Part shown: positions 39,854 through 48,822 of the stretch, one piece after another
Layout: every line of letters begins with the position of its first letter
Numbering within the stretch: position 1 is the first letter of the stretch
From: an uncultured Gammaproteobacteria bacterium
GTDB lineage: Bacteria > Patescibacteriota > Patescibacteriia > UBA9934 > GWF2-40-263
NCBI GenBank assembly: GCA_964399675.1
Contig: CAYNRK010000003.1
Coordinates: forward strand, 9,033 to 73,032
DNA: 64,000 nt
Direction: 5' to 3'
Notes under the pieces: generated by a model
What the model was told of the DNA's origin: nothing
The model's input: only the letters and a program-made list of their open reading frames with translations
Database searches by the model: none
Program-made: the position numbers and the translations under genes

Positions 39854-40378
39854 TTGATGATAAACTATGTGCGTATGCCTGAGAATCCACAAAAGCAAAA
39901 GATTGATATTGGTGCGCCGCTTCTTGCATGGGAAGTGGACGAATATCCAAAATATATTAGGTCTAGATCGTGGTACATTATCATGGTAGTTTTTGGTGCT
40001 GCGCTTATTATCTATTCAATTGCTACTGCTAATTTTTTGTTTGCGATTATTGTGCTCATGACAGGGGTTATCATGCTTCTTTCAACGTTTAAAAATCCAG
40101 GTCGGGTTAGTATTCTTATTACAACAACAGGTCTTGTTGTAAGTGATATGTATTATGATTTTGAGGCGATTTCGGATTTTTCAATTGTTTACGAACCACC
40201 AGAGATAAAGAATCTTTACTTTGATTTTGTTTCGCCATGGCAACCAATTTTATCTATTCCGCTTGAAGAAATGAACCCAAATGATGTGCGCGAGTATTTA
40301 CTTCCGTTTTGTGCTGAAAACTTGGAGCGCACAGAAGAGGAGTTGACAGACATGGTTCGCAGGTTGTATAAGTTGTAA
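39854..40378 (+). CDS. hypothetical membrane protein (two TM helices)
   Basis: 174-aa ORF with hydrophobic segments WYIIMVVFGAALIIYSIATANFLFAIIVLMTGVIMLL. Confidence 0.5.
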   Translation: MMINYVRMPENPQKQKIDIGAPLLAWEVDEYPKYIRSRSWYIIMVVFGAALIIYSIATANFLFAIIVLMTGVIMLLSTFKNPGRVSILITTTGLVVSDMYYDFEAISDFSIVYEPPEIKNLYFDFVSPWQPILSIPLEEMNPNDVREYLLPFCAENLERTEEELTDMVRRLYKL

Positions 40379-40384
40379 ACCTAG

Positions 40385-40461
40385 GCGCCCGTAGCTCAGC
40401 TGGATAGAGCATCGGCTTGCGGAGCCGGAGGTCGTAGGTTCGAATCCTGCCGGGCGCACCA
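40385..40461 (+). tRNA. tRNA-Arg (anticodon read as GCG; G37), encoded CCA
   Basis: gcgcccgtagctcagctggatagagc-a-tcggc-ttGCGga-gccgg-aggtc-gtaggttcgaatcctgc-cgggcgc-acca. Closely resembles the E. coli tRNA-Arg backbone. Confidence 0.8.
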
Positions 40462-40475
40462 GTTTATTGTGTAAA

Positions 40476-40504
40476 TTTACCGAAGCTTAGCTTCGGTATT
40501 TTGT
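40476..40504 (+). terminator. rho-independent terminator (taccgaagc-ttag-cttcggta-TTTTG)
   Basis: Perfect 8-bp stem plus a U-tract after tRNA-Arg. Confidence 0.7.
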
Positions 40505-40523
40505 TATGTTATGATGCTGACAT

Positions 40524-42527
40524 ATGGGGCTTCATTTGAATTCATCAGTTGCTGAACTTCCGGGAATTGGCGGAAAGGCAGAAAAAGACCTTAAGAATCT
40601 CGGGATTATTAGTATTAGAGATCTTTTGTGGTATGTGCCATTTCGATACGATGATTACTCTTTAAGCAAACCTATTAATGAATTGAGAAGCGGGGATCAG
40701 GTTACGCTGACCGGAGAAGTAACTTCCATTCATAGTCGACTAGCAAAAAACAAGAAAGTAACAATTACAGAAGCTGAATTTGAAACTGGTGAGGGATCAA
40801 TTAAAGTTATTTGGTTTAATCAACCTTATTTGGAAAAGCAGTTGAAACCAGGTCGTAGAATTTCATTGGCCGGGCGTATTGATCATAGATTTGGTATGTC
40901 ACTTATGAATCCTATTTATGAACCAGAAGGTAAACAAATTCATACCGGACGGATCGTTCCGGTTTATGGTTTGTCCGGGTCGCTTACAATGCGACGTTTG
41001 AGAGCTGCCATACACACCGCACTTAACGCAACTGATGAGATGGACGATTGGATTCCAAAAGATATTCTTGATAAGGAATCGTTTCCAGTTTTGTCAGATG
41101 CTATTGCAAACGTTCACTTTCCAGAAAGCCAAGAGGTTCTAAATCGATCAATTGAGCGCATAAAGTTTGGTGAGCTTTTTTTGCATCAACTCATGTTTGC
41201 AGAAATTAGAGAGGATAGAAAAAAACGTTCAACTCATTCGATTGCCACTGATGAATCTTACTTGAAACAATTTGTTGCTCAACTGCCGTTTGAGTTAACA
41301 AAAGCTCAGCGTGTTTCTGCTTGGGAGATTGTTCAGGATATTTCTTCTGTGATTCCGATGAACCGTTTGTTGGAAGGAGATGTTGGATCTGGAAAAACTG
41401 TTGTCGCAGCTATTGCAGCAGCACAGGTTTTAAAACACGGTCACTCAGTTGCGTATTTAGCCCCAACAGAAATATTAGCTGAGCAACAATACGAAGTTTT
41501 ATCTGACACATTAAAAGATTTTTCCGTTGGTCTTCGGACTCGAACACAAAAGGAAGATGTTAAAGGCTCGTCTGTATGCATTGTTGGAACACACGCGCTT
41601 TTGCAAGAGGGGATTAAGATTCCAAATCTAGCTTTGGTCATTGTTGATGAACAGCACAGGTTTGGAGTGAAGCAGCGGCACGCTCTTCTTGAAAGAGATC
41701 CCGCCCCCCATCTTCTTTCAATGACCGCAACGCCAATTCCGAGATCATTGGCGCTTTCACTTTATGGAGATCTTGATCTTTCAATTTTAAACGAACTTCC
41801 AAAAGGCAGAAAACCTGTTGCAACAGCAATTGTAGAAAAGTCTCACCAACCAGGAATGTGGTCCCACATAAAATCACAAATAAGTTACGGCCGTCAGTTA
41901 TTTGTGATTTGTCCTCTTATTGATCCTTCAGATAAACTTGGTTCGAAATCAGTAACTGATGCAGAAAAAGAGCTAAAAAGCGGATCTTTAAAAGAGTTTT
42001 CAATTGAAGTTTTACATGGCAAACTTAAAACAGAAGAAAAGCAGGAGAGGATGAAAAGTTTTCAAAAAGGAAAGACTGATGTGTTGATTTCAACAACAGT
42101 GGTTGAGGTTGGGGTTGATATTCCAAATGCTTCCACAATGGTCATTCTTGGCGCAGAACGATTTGGACTTGCCCAACTACATCAATTAAGAGGACGTGTT
42201 GGTCGGTCAGATGTTCAATCTTATTGTTATCTTTTACCTGACACATTATCTTCAATTTCAGAAAAACGTTTGAAAGCAATGGTTGAAACAACAGACGGAT
42301 TTAAACTTGCAGAAGTTGATTTGGAACTTCGTGGACCTGGGAATATTTTTGGAAATTCACAATCAGGTTTTCCGGATTTTCGTTTAGCTACAGTTGCAGA
42401 TGTGGAACTTATGAAAAAAGCGCATGATTGGTCTGATCTAATACTCAAAGATGATCCTGAACTTGAAAACAATCCTTTGCTTAGACAAAAAGTAAAAACA
42501 GACTTTGCGTCTGTTCACTTGGAATAA
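40524..42527 (+). CDS. recG: ATP-dependent DNA helicase RecG
   Basis: Wedge/OB N-terminus. Helicase motifs DVGSGKTVVAAIA, VIVDEQHRFGV, HQLRGRVGRSD. 667 aa. Confidence 0.92.
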   Translation: MGLHLNSSVAELPGIGGKAEKDLKNLGIISIRDLLWYVPFRYDDYSLSKPINELRSGDQVTLTGEVTSIHSRLAKNKKVTITEAEFETGEGSIKVIWFNQPYLEKQLKPGRRISLAGRIDHRFGMSLMNPIYEPEGKQIHTGRIVPVYGLSGSLTMRRLRAAIHTALNATDEMDDWIPKDILDKESFPVLSDAIANVHFPESQEVLNRSIERIKFGELFLHQLMFAEIREDRKKRSTHSIATDESYLKQFVAQLPFELTKAQRVSAWEIVQDISSVIPMNRLLEGDVGSGKTVVAAIAAAQVLKHGHSVAYLAPTEILAEQQYEVLSDTLKDFSVGLRTRTQKEDVKGSSVCIVGTHALLQEGIKIPNLALVIVDEQHRFGVKQRHALLERDPAPHLLSMTATPIPRSLALSLYGDLDLSILNELPKGRKPVATAIVEKSHQPGMWSHIKSQISYGRQLFVICPLIDPSDKLGSKSVTDAEKELKSGSLKEFSIEVLHGKLKTEEKQERMKSFQKGKTDVLISTTVVEVGVDIPNASTMVILGAERFGLAQLHQLRGRVGRSDVQSYCYLLPDTLSSISEKRLKAMVETTDGFKLAEVDLELRGPGNIFGNSQSGFPDFRLATVADVELMKKAHDWSDLILKDDPELENNPLLRQKVKTDFASVHLE

Positions 42528-42528
42528 T

Positions 42529-43815
42529 TTATTTTAAGTCTTTTACGTGTTTGATTTCTTTTGGGCCATGGATTGAGTTGATGCCAAGCCGTTCGGCTTC
42601 TTTTTTTCGCTTGTCCAAAAATGGAACTGGACGAACTTCACCGCCTAAACCAACTTCGCCAAGAAACATTGTTGCTTGATCAAAAGATGTGTTCAAGAGT
42701 GCACTGGTGATTGCCGCACAGACAGCAAGGTCTGCAGCAGGTTCCTTGAGCCGCATGCCACCTATCACATTGATATATACATCCTGATCAGAGAGTTTAA
42801 GACCAGCACGTTTTGAAAGAATTGCAATCATCATTTGTAATCGATTGTGATCAAAGCCCGAAGCCTTTCTCACAGGTGTTCCATATGCGGATTTATCAAC
42901 CAGTGCCTGCACTTCAACCAGAAAGACACGAGAACCTTCAACAGTTGCGGTGACAACAGATCCTGGAACCTCAACTCTGTCTTTTAAAAATTGTGCAGAA
43001 GGATTCTCAACTGGCAGAAGTCCTGTTGAAGCCATTTCAAAAACTCCAATTTCATCTGTTGGGCCAAAACGATTTTTTGTTGAAACTAGAAAACGATAAC
43101 TGTGGGTTGCGTCTCCATCCAAAGAAAGCACAACATCAACCAAATGCTCAAGAGTTTTTGGGCCTGCAACAGAACCATCTTTTGTTACTTGACCAACAAG
43201 CAGAATCGTAATGCCTGAACGTTTACAGAATTCTAGTAATAGAGAAGTTGCGTAGCGCACAAGAGCTGGTGTTCCAGGGGCGCTATCCATTGAAAGGGAA
43301 GTCAAAGTCTGAACAGAATCAATTACAACAAAATCGGGTTTTTCTTTTTCCATTGTTGCAACAAGTATTTCAACCGGTTTTACTTCAAGGTAAAGAATTT
43401 TTTCATTTACTCCACCCAAACGTTCAAATCTGGATCTGAGCTGAGATCCGGATTCTTCACCAGATACATAAAGCGACTCTTTGCCTTGTTTTCCCAGGTC
43501 TCTAACAATTCCTGCTACAAGAGTTGATTTTCCAATACCAGGCTCACCAGAGAGCAATACAAGCGATCCTGGTACAAGTCCACCTCCAATAACCCTGTCA
43601 ATTTCTTGAACACCAACTGTAAATCGATTATTGGATTGATTAGAAATTTGTTTTTGAAGTTCGACCACTTCAGCTGCTGGAGTTTTTTGAATCACAGAAG
43701 AAGACGACCCTTTAATGGTCGCCTCCTCCTTTTTTAAAGTTCCCCAGCTGTCACATTCCAGACATTTGCCAGACCACTTGATTGATTGTGCATCACAAGT
43801 ACCGCAGATATACAT
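42529..43815 (-). CDS. radA: DNA repair protein RadA/Sms
   Basis: N-terminal Zn-finger CGTCDAQSIKWSGKCLEC; Walker A LLSGEPGIGKSTL; KNRFGPTDEIGVFEM motif; Lon-like C-terminal domain. Confidence 0.93.
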   Translation of the reverse strand: MYICGTCDAQSIKWSGKCLECDSWGTLKKEEATIKGSSSSVIQKTPAAEVVELQKQISNQSNNRFTVGVQEIDRVIGGGLVPGSLVLLSGEPGIGKSTLVAGIVRDLGKQGKESLYVSGEESGSQLRSRFERLGGVNEKILYLEVKPVEILVATMEKEKPDFVVIDSVQTLTSLSMDSAPGTPALVRYATSLLLEFCKRSGITILLVGQVTKDGSVAGPKTLEHLVDVVLSLDGDATHSYRFLVSTKNRFGPTDEIGVFEMASTGLLPVENPSAQFLKDRVEVPGSVVTATVEGSRVFLVEVQALVDKSAYGTPVRKASGFDHNRLQMMIAILSKRAGLKLSDQDVYINVIGGMRLKEPAADLAVCAAITSALLNTSFDQATMFLGEVGLGGEVRPVPFLDKRKKEAERLGINSIHGPKEIKHVKDLK

Positions 43816-43818
43816 AGT

Positions 43819-44991
43819 TTAACCGGTAGGTTTTTTTAGCTCAGCTTTCATTTTATCCCAATCAAACTTAACACATGGACCAGTAACAATATCTTTTCTG
43901 TGTTTTTCTTGAGTGAGTCCAATTCGATTCCAATCCAAGTTTCTTGGATCAGCATGTCCAATTGCACAATGTCCAATTATATGATCATCATCAAAAGGTA
44001 CGTTTGTGAAAGATGTTAAGGTTCGTAGGAGTATGTTAAGAGATTTATATTGCTCATCTGTCCAAGTGCATTTTGAACTCTTCTCTCTGCTCTTTACAAT
44101 TTCATAAGACGCACCACAGCTGTTTGCAAGATCAATTCCAATGGAATATGAATTGATGCCTGCAGCGTGATATGCTGTTTTTTCGATTCCCATTGTTTGA
44201 ATAACTTCACCATCTCTTCCAATAACATAATGAGTTGAAAGACCCCTCTTTTTTAGGACTGCAATTGTTTGTTTGGCTGTACGAGCACCCTCATGAAGCA
44301 CAATATATTTTACTTTTTTAAAATCTCTATTACAGCCATAGTTGTCTAATTCAGTATTGAAAGTGCCCCCAGTAATTGAAGTCGCATCTACAGAAGGTTG
44401 TTTCCCCCGACACGGTTGTCCTTTTGGATATTTTTTTGGTGGAGGTGGAGCAGGCCATGGAGGAGGCATGTCATGGACATGAATTTGATCAACAACCAAA
44501 GCATCAAAGAAAATAAGTTCTGGGTTAACAACATAAAGAATTGTGTAAACACTAAAAAGAAGAACAACTCCAGTTACTGCATCTTTGATTCGTTTTTTTG
44601 CTTTGCCAGTGTCTGTGCCACCTGAGGCCAGTACGTATTGCAATCCACCTATCATTATCATGACAATTGCGATGACCACTGAAATACCAATCAGATATCG
44701 ATATGCAGCAGTAACATAATCACCTATAAAGGAAACAACAATTTTGTCATCTTTTAAAAGAACATTTGAAAATTTTAGTCCTGGAATGTCAACATTTAAA
44801 TCCGGTGTTATGAAATCAACCACTTCAGTATCCGTTGATGCGCTTGCAGAAACAGAGGTGCTAACTGCCGGAGATGCTGCTGGATCAGGGTCAACCGCTG
44901 AAACTGACAAAGGCAAAATCATGATGATTAACATCACAATTGCCAGTGAATTTTTTTTATCAAGTTTTAACATTTTGGTGGGAATGGACAC
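43819..44991 (-). CDS. membrane-anchored N-acetylmuramoyl-L-alanine amidase (Amidase_2/PGRP domain) with N-terminal two-TM pilin-like module
   Basis: C-terminal ...KYIVLHEGART...HYVIGRDGEVIQ...AYHAAGINSYSIGIDL... The N-terminal ~120 aa are paralogous to the adjacent gene (..YRYLIGISVVIAIVMIMIGGLQYVLASGGTDTGKAKKRIKDAVTGVVLL..). Confidence 0.65.
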   Translation of the reverse strand: MSIPTKMLKLDKKNSLAIVMLIIMILPLSVSAVDPDPAASPAVSTSVSASASTDTEVVDFITPDLNVDIPGLKFSNVLLKDDKIVVSFIGDYVTAAYRYLIGISVVIAIVMIMIGGLQYVLASGGTDTGKAKKRIKDAVTGVVLLFSVYTILYVVNPELIFFDALVVDQIHVHDMPPPWPAPPPPKKYPKGQPCRGKQPSVDATSITGGTFNTELDNYGCNRDFKKVKYIVLHEGARTAKQTIAVLKKRGLSTHYVIGRDGEVIQTMGIEKTAYHAAGINSYSIGIDLANSCGASYEIVKSREKSSKCTWTDEQYKSLNILLRTLTSFTNVPFDDDHIIGHCAIGHADPRNLDWNRIGLTQEKHRKDIVTGPCVKFDWDKMKAELKKPTG

Positions 44992-46124
44992 GATGCCCCT
45001 TTACATCGACAAGAAGTTCCGCCTTTTCCTTTAAGTTCAAAGTGCCAGAGTTCTTTTGAATATCTTACAAAACCAGCCTCAGCCATGATTTCGGCTAAAA
45101 GTTTTCCTGGATCTTCAAATTCTGAATTGTTCTGCACTCTTTTGGATGTTGGTGTGATTTTTTTTGCACCATCTGCAAGGTAAAGATCTATTGCAATACC
45201 ACTTCCATGATTTGATCCGCCTGGATAAGCAACAAGACTTCCGATTTCTTTTATTGCTTTTTCTCGTTTTACTGGATCTTCAATTTTGTATCTATTACAC
45301 ACCATTTTTATTTGTGTTTTAAGCGGCCTAAAACCACTGTAAGCTACAAGAAGATACTCTGTATCATAAAAAAAACCTTCACCTTTCTTTTTTGCAATCT
45401 CTCCGGCACGAGCCAATGCCGTTATCAATTCTTCTGTTCCTCTTGTGCCTGAACTATTTTTTAAACCAGTTGAGTTTGGGATTCTACGAGTTAGTTTTGG
45501 GTCAATTGTTTTTTCAGTACTTGTGGGCCAGGAGCTTGGATCTGGATGGTCATTACACCATTTTAAACATTCTGCTTTGGATTTACATACTGCTGATTTA
45601 TAAAGTTCGCTTCCTTTTTCTGCAACATCACCTGGCTCTTCAAAAACTTCAATAGGTATTCTCTCGATACGTTCAAGTCTAAGCGGACCAAACAAAACAA
45701 GGGATGGATTAACTGTATACAAGATCAAATAAACACTTAAGAGAAGTACAACACCGGTTGCGGCGTCTTTAATTCTTTTTTTAGCTTTACCCGTGTCTGT
45801 GCCACCTGAGGCAAGAACATACTGCAGACCACCAATCATGAGCATTACAATGGCAATGATGGATGAGATGCCGATCAGATAACGGTACATTGCAGAGACA
45901 TAGTCTCCTAGAAAATTAACTTCGAACTCACCACCTCTTGTAATAACGTCTGTAAATTTGAGTCCTGGAATATCAACATTCAGTGTCGGTGAAACAAAGG
46001 TTGGTGCAGCTTCTGCTGTTGTGCCCGGTTTTGCGGCTATGGTTACTGAAGCAAACGAAAAGAAAATGATCAGAGCGATCATTATTCCTAAATTTATACG
46101 AATAAGTAGTTTAACTAATGTCAT
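44967..46124 (-). CDS. membrane-anchored M15-family (VanY-like) D,D-/L,D-peptidase with the same N-terminal two-TM pilin-like module
   Basis: C-terminal SNHGSGIAIDL and ELWHFE motifs (Zn-binding H/D/H of M15). N-terminal module ..YRYLIGISSIIAIVMLMIGGLQYVLASGGTDTGKAKKRIKDAATGVVLL.. is paralogous to 43819..44991. Confidence 0.65.
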   Translation of the reverse strand: MTLVKLLIRINLGIMIALIIFFSFASVTIAAKPGTTAEAAPTFVSPTLNVDIPGLKFTDVITRGGEFEVNFLGDYVSAMYRYLIGISSIIAIVMLMIGGLQYVLASGGTDTGKAKKRIKDAATGVVLLLSVYLILYTVNPSLVLFGPLRLERIERIPIEVFEEPGDVAEKGSELYKSAVCKSKAECLKWCNDHPDPSSWPTSTEKTIDPKLTRRIPNSTGLKNSSGTRGTEELITALARAGEIAKKKGEGFFYDTEYLLVAYSGFRPLKTQIKMVCNRYKIEDPVKREKAIKEIGSLVAYPGGSNHGSGIAIDLYLADGAKKITPTSKRVQNNSEFEDPGKLLAEIMAEAGFVRYSKELWHFELKGKGGTSCRCKGASCPFPPKC

Positions 46125-46780
46125 TTAATAACAGCTAATTGAGTTTGGACAACTTCTAAGAGACGTTCCAAAGTAACAGCTCCCACCAGGATTTCATCTC
46201 CAATGTACAATATTGGAGATGCTGCAATGCCCAAAGCGATTCCTTCTTCAAAATCTTTTCTTATAATCGGAAGAGTTTCACTGCTTGCATAGCAAGATTG
46301 GAACTTGTCCATATTTAACTCAAGGTCTGTTGCGATTTCTGTGTATTGGAGATCAGAAAGAAAAGTTTGTCTTTTAAACAGCATGTCATGATAATCCCAG
46401 AACCTTCCTTGTTCCTGGGCACAGTGAGCTGCAATGGCGGCTGGTGTGGCTTGCTTATGCACGGAATCATTTGGGAGATTCTTCCATACTAGTCTTAAGT
46501 CATCGGGGTAAGTGTTTAACACGATTTCAAGAGGGGTTTGAATATCACCACAGGCAATACATTCAAAATCGCTAAACTCAACAATTGTCAGTTTTGCGTT
46601 AGGTGATCCTTTTGATGGATTGATAAATGTTACAATCGGTGCATCCAACTTTTCTTCCGAAGCTTCTTGTCTTATTGCCTCAAAGTCAATTTCAATAGGC
46701 TGAATACGAATATAAAAAAGAATTAGGACAAAGACGGCCACGCCAGAGAAGATAAGGTAGGCAAGTGTTTTATGATTCAT
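46121..46780 (-). CDS. thioredoxin-fold DsbA-like thiol:disulfide oxidoreductase, membrane-anchored
   Basis: N-terminal TM segment; CxxC active site (FSDFECIACGD); DsbA-like length. Confidence 0.6.
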   Translation of the reverse strand: MNHKTLAYLIFSGVAVFVLILFYIRIQPIEIDFEAIRQEASEEKLDAPIVTFINPSKGSPNAKLTIVEFSDFECIACGDIQTPLEIVLNTYPDDLRLVWKNLPNDSVHKQATPAAIAAHCAQEQGRFWDYHDMLFKRQTFLSDLQYTEIATDLELNMDKFQSCYASSETLPIIRKDFEEGIALGIAASPILYIGDEILVGAVTLERLLEVVQTQLAVIK

Positions 46781-46782
46781 AG

Positions 46783-48006
46783 TTATTTGAGTCTAATGTA
46801 CTCAAGTTGTCCGGTTGCAAGACTTGTGAAGTAAAGAGTTGATTCGTCTTTGCTTACGGAAAGATTTTTCATGGAAGTATCATTTTCTGGAACAGCAATA
46901 GCAACTGAACGGCCTGTTGTTAAATTAATTTTGTAGACTGTGTCAGGGAGATCTTCATAAAGAGATCGTTGCAGTCCGGCATTGTTTGGAAGTCCGCGGG
47001 GGATTGCACAATAGATTGTTGTTGATGATCCCCAGGTACATTTGTCAATCCATGTGTTTAGGCCAAGGCTTCGTCTGTTTTCACCCATGCTTGAGGATGA
47101 AGCATTAACAATCCAAAGAAGTGGCTTGTATTGACTATAATTTCCGGAAACTGAATACAAAAGCTGTTTGCCGTTTGATGACCATTTTGATTCAAAGCCT
47201 AAACCTTCCACAATAAGACCTTTGAAGTTTTCACCTTTTTTTCCAACCGGGATAATCATTTTTCGATCAAGGTCTGCTGAGATTGTTCCGGCAGTATCAG
47301 CAAAGGCAACAACCTGATCGTTTGGCGACCAATTTACTTGTACCTTGTCAGCATTTGTTCCGAGCGCTTGCAGATTTTTTACATTTGATCCATTGGCACT
47401 GGTGCTTATGAGATATCGATTATTTGGATCAAGAGCAATGCTTTTTGCTGCGATTTCATCTTTGACCGGCGAGAAGTCAAATTCCTCCCAGTGGCTTGGT
47501 AAAGTTACCTGTGTTTCATTTTCAAAATCGTAAACAATATTTGAACCATCTGGAAATTCCATTACTGCCTTGTCAGCATCTTTGTTCCAATCGAGTGACT
47601 CCACTTCAGGAAATTGTTTATCAGAGAGTGCAATAACATTACCGTCTTTATCTATGGTGTAGAATCGACCATCGTTAGGGTCATAATAATTCACGTTCTG
47701 TCCATCGCTTGCGATTGTTGTGTTAAAAACTTCCGCTGTTGTTAAAACAGTTGTTTGCGTAAGACCTCCTTGTGCCACTTCATCTGCTTCAACAAGCCCA
47801 GCTTCTTCTTCGTCAATGTCTTCTAGTTCAAACTCTGGAGAGCCTTCAAGCGCGCCTGGTAATTCTCCGGCCATACCTTCTTCTTCGGTTATGACTTCAG
47901 GTTGTTGTTCTGGGGCAAAGAACATGTAATAAAGCGCTCCGCCAATAATTATGACAGAGATAATAAAACCAACAACGATGAGGATTTTTTTGAGATTAAA
48001 ATTCAT
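46783..48006 (-). CDS. secreted/anchored protein with PD40/TolB-like beta-propeller repeats
   Basis: N-terminal TM after MNFNLKKILIVVGFIISVIIIGG, so the start is placed at 48006. The longer ORF-track start at 48093 would overlap the upstream gene. Repeats of the SPNDQVVAF / SSNGKQLLY type. Confidence 0.45.
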   Translation of the reverse strand: MNFNLKKILIVVGFIISVIIIGGALYYMFFAPEQQPEVITEEEGMAGELPGALEGSPEFELEDIDEEEAGLVEADEVAQGGLTQTTVLTTAEVFNTTIASDGQNVNYYDPNDGRFYTIDKDGNVIALSDKQFPEVESLDWNKDADKAVMEFPDGSNIVYDFENETQVTLPSHWEEFDFSPVKDEIAAKSIALDPNNRYLISTSANGSNVKNLQALGTNADKVQVNWSPNDQVVAFADTAGTISADLDRKMIIPVGKKGENFKGLIVEGLGFESKWSSNGKQLLYSVSGNYSQYKPLLWIVNASSSSMGENRRSLGLNTWIDKCTWGSSTTIYCAIPRGLPNNAGLQRSLYEDLPDTVYKINLTTGRSVAIAVPENDTSMKNLSVSKDESTLYFTSLATGQLEYIRLK

Positions 48007-48821
48007 AGAATGCCAATATAATTTAAAATACCAGCCCCAAGAGCAACAGGTACCCAGATGGGGAAGGTGACTGCCAACATTGCAATAATGCACAATAAGA
48101 GAAGAGCCAGGTCTGCTGCTATTACAATGCTGGTAATAATCATTTTTGATTTATCCAGTTTATCCATAAGAGGTATTGGCTGCCATTCAATGGGATCAAT
48201 AACAATACTTTTGCCTTTTGTATACCACCATCCATACCATGTCTCAACGTTTAGATATCCTAAAGAGAGAACTTGAATAACAAAAGTGACAATAATGCCT
48301 ACGCCTGCGGTACCAATATCCAAGACAGCACAGATTGCATTTACGATAAAATTTGCCCCGCGTATAATTAGTTTTTTCACCTGCTTTTTCACCTGTTTTC
48401 TAACTTCACTTTTTACAGCGTCTTTGGCAGTGCCTTTTACATCTTTGGCAAGATTTACACCTTGTCGGGCAGCTTTTAGTTGTCCAAGTTTACTTCCTTT
48501 ATCTCTGGCTGTTTCAAATTGTTTTTTAATTTCTTCAGCTTGTTTTTTCAAGACCTCCATTCCTGTTGGTTGCCGGCTCTGTGTTTTTGGAAGTTGGGGT
48601 AAAGTTGTGTTGATGGCGTTAGGCGCTTTGGCTTGCTGAGCTTTTCTCTGAGCTTGTTGTCGGCCTTGCATGAGTTGGCTCCGCCATGTTGGTGTTTGTA
48701 CGTCTACTTTATTGGGCTGTGAAATTGTTTCTGTTTTTGGTTTTGTTTGAGTATTCAAAGCAGCAGCCCGACTTGCACCAGGATTTTGTGGGGCAGTTGC
48801 AGCTGCAGCTTGAATAGCCAT
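48003..48821 (-). CDS. hypothetical membrane protein (Q/K-rich N-terminal half, 3 C-terminal TM helices)
   Basis: 272-aa ORF translationally coupled (ATGA) with the downstream gene. Confidence 0.45.
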   Translation of the reverse strand: MAIQAAAATAPQNPGASRAAALNTQTKPKTETISQPNKVDVQTPTWRSQLMQGRQQAQRKAQQAKAPNAINTTLPQLPKTQSRQPTGMEVLKKQAEEIKKQFETARDKGSKLGQLKAARQGVNLAKDVKGTAKDAVKSEVRKQVKKQVKKLIIRGANFIVNAICAVLDIGTAGVGIIVTFVIQVLSLGYLNVETWYGWWYTKGKSIVIDPIEWQPIPLMDKLDKSKMIITSIVIAADLALLLLCIIAMLAVTFPIWVPVALGAGILNYIGIL

Positions 48822-48822
48822 A

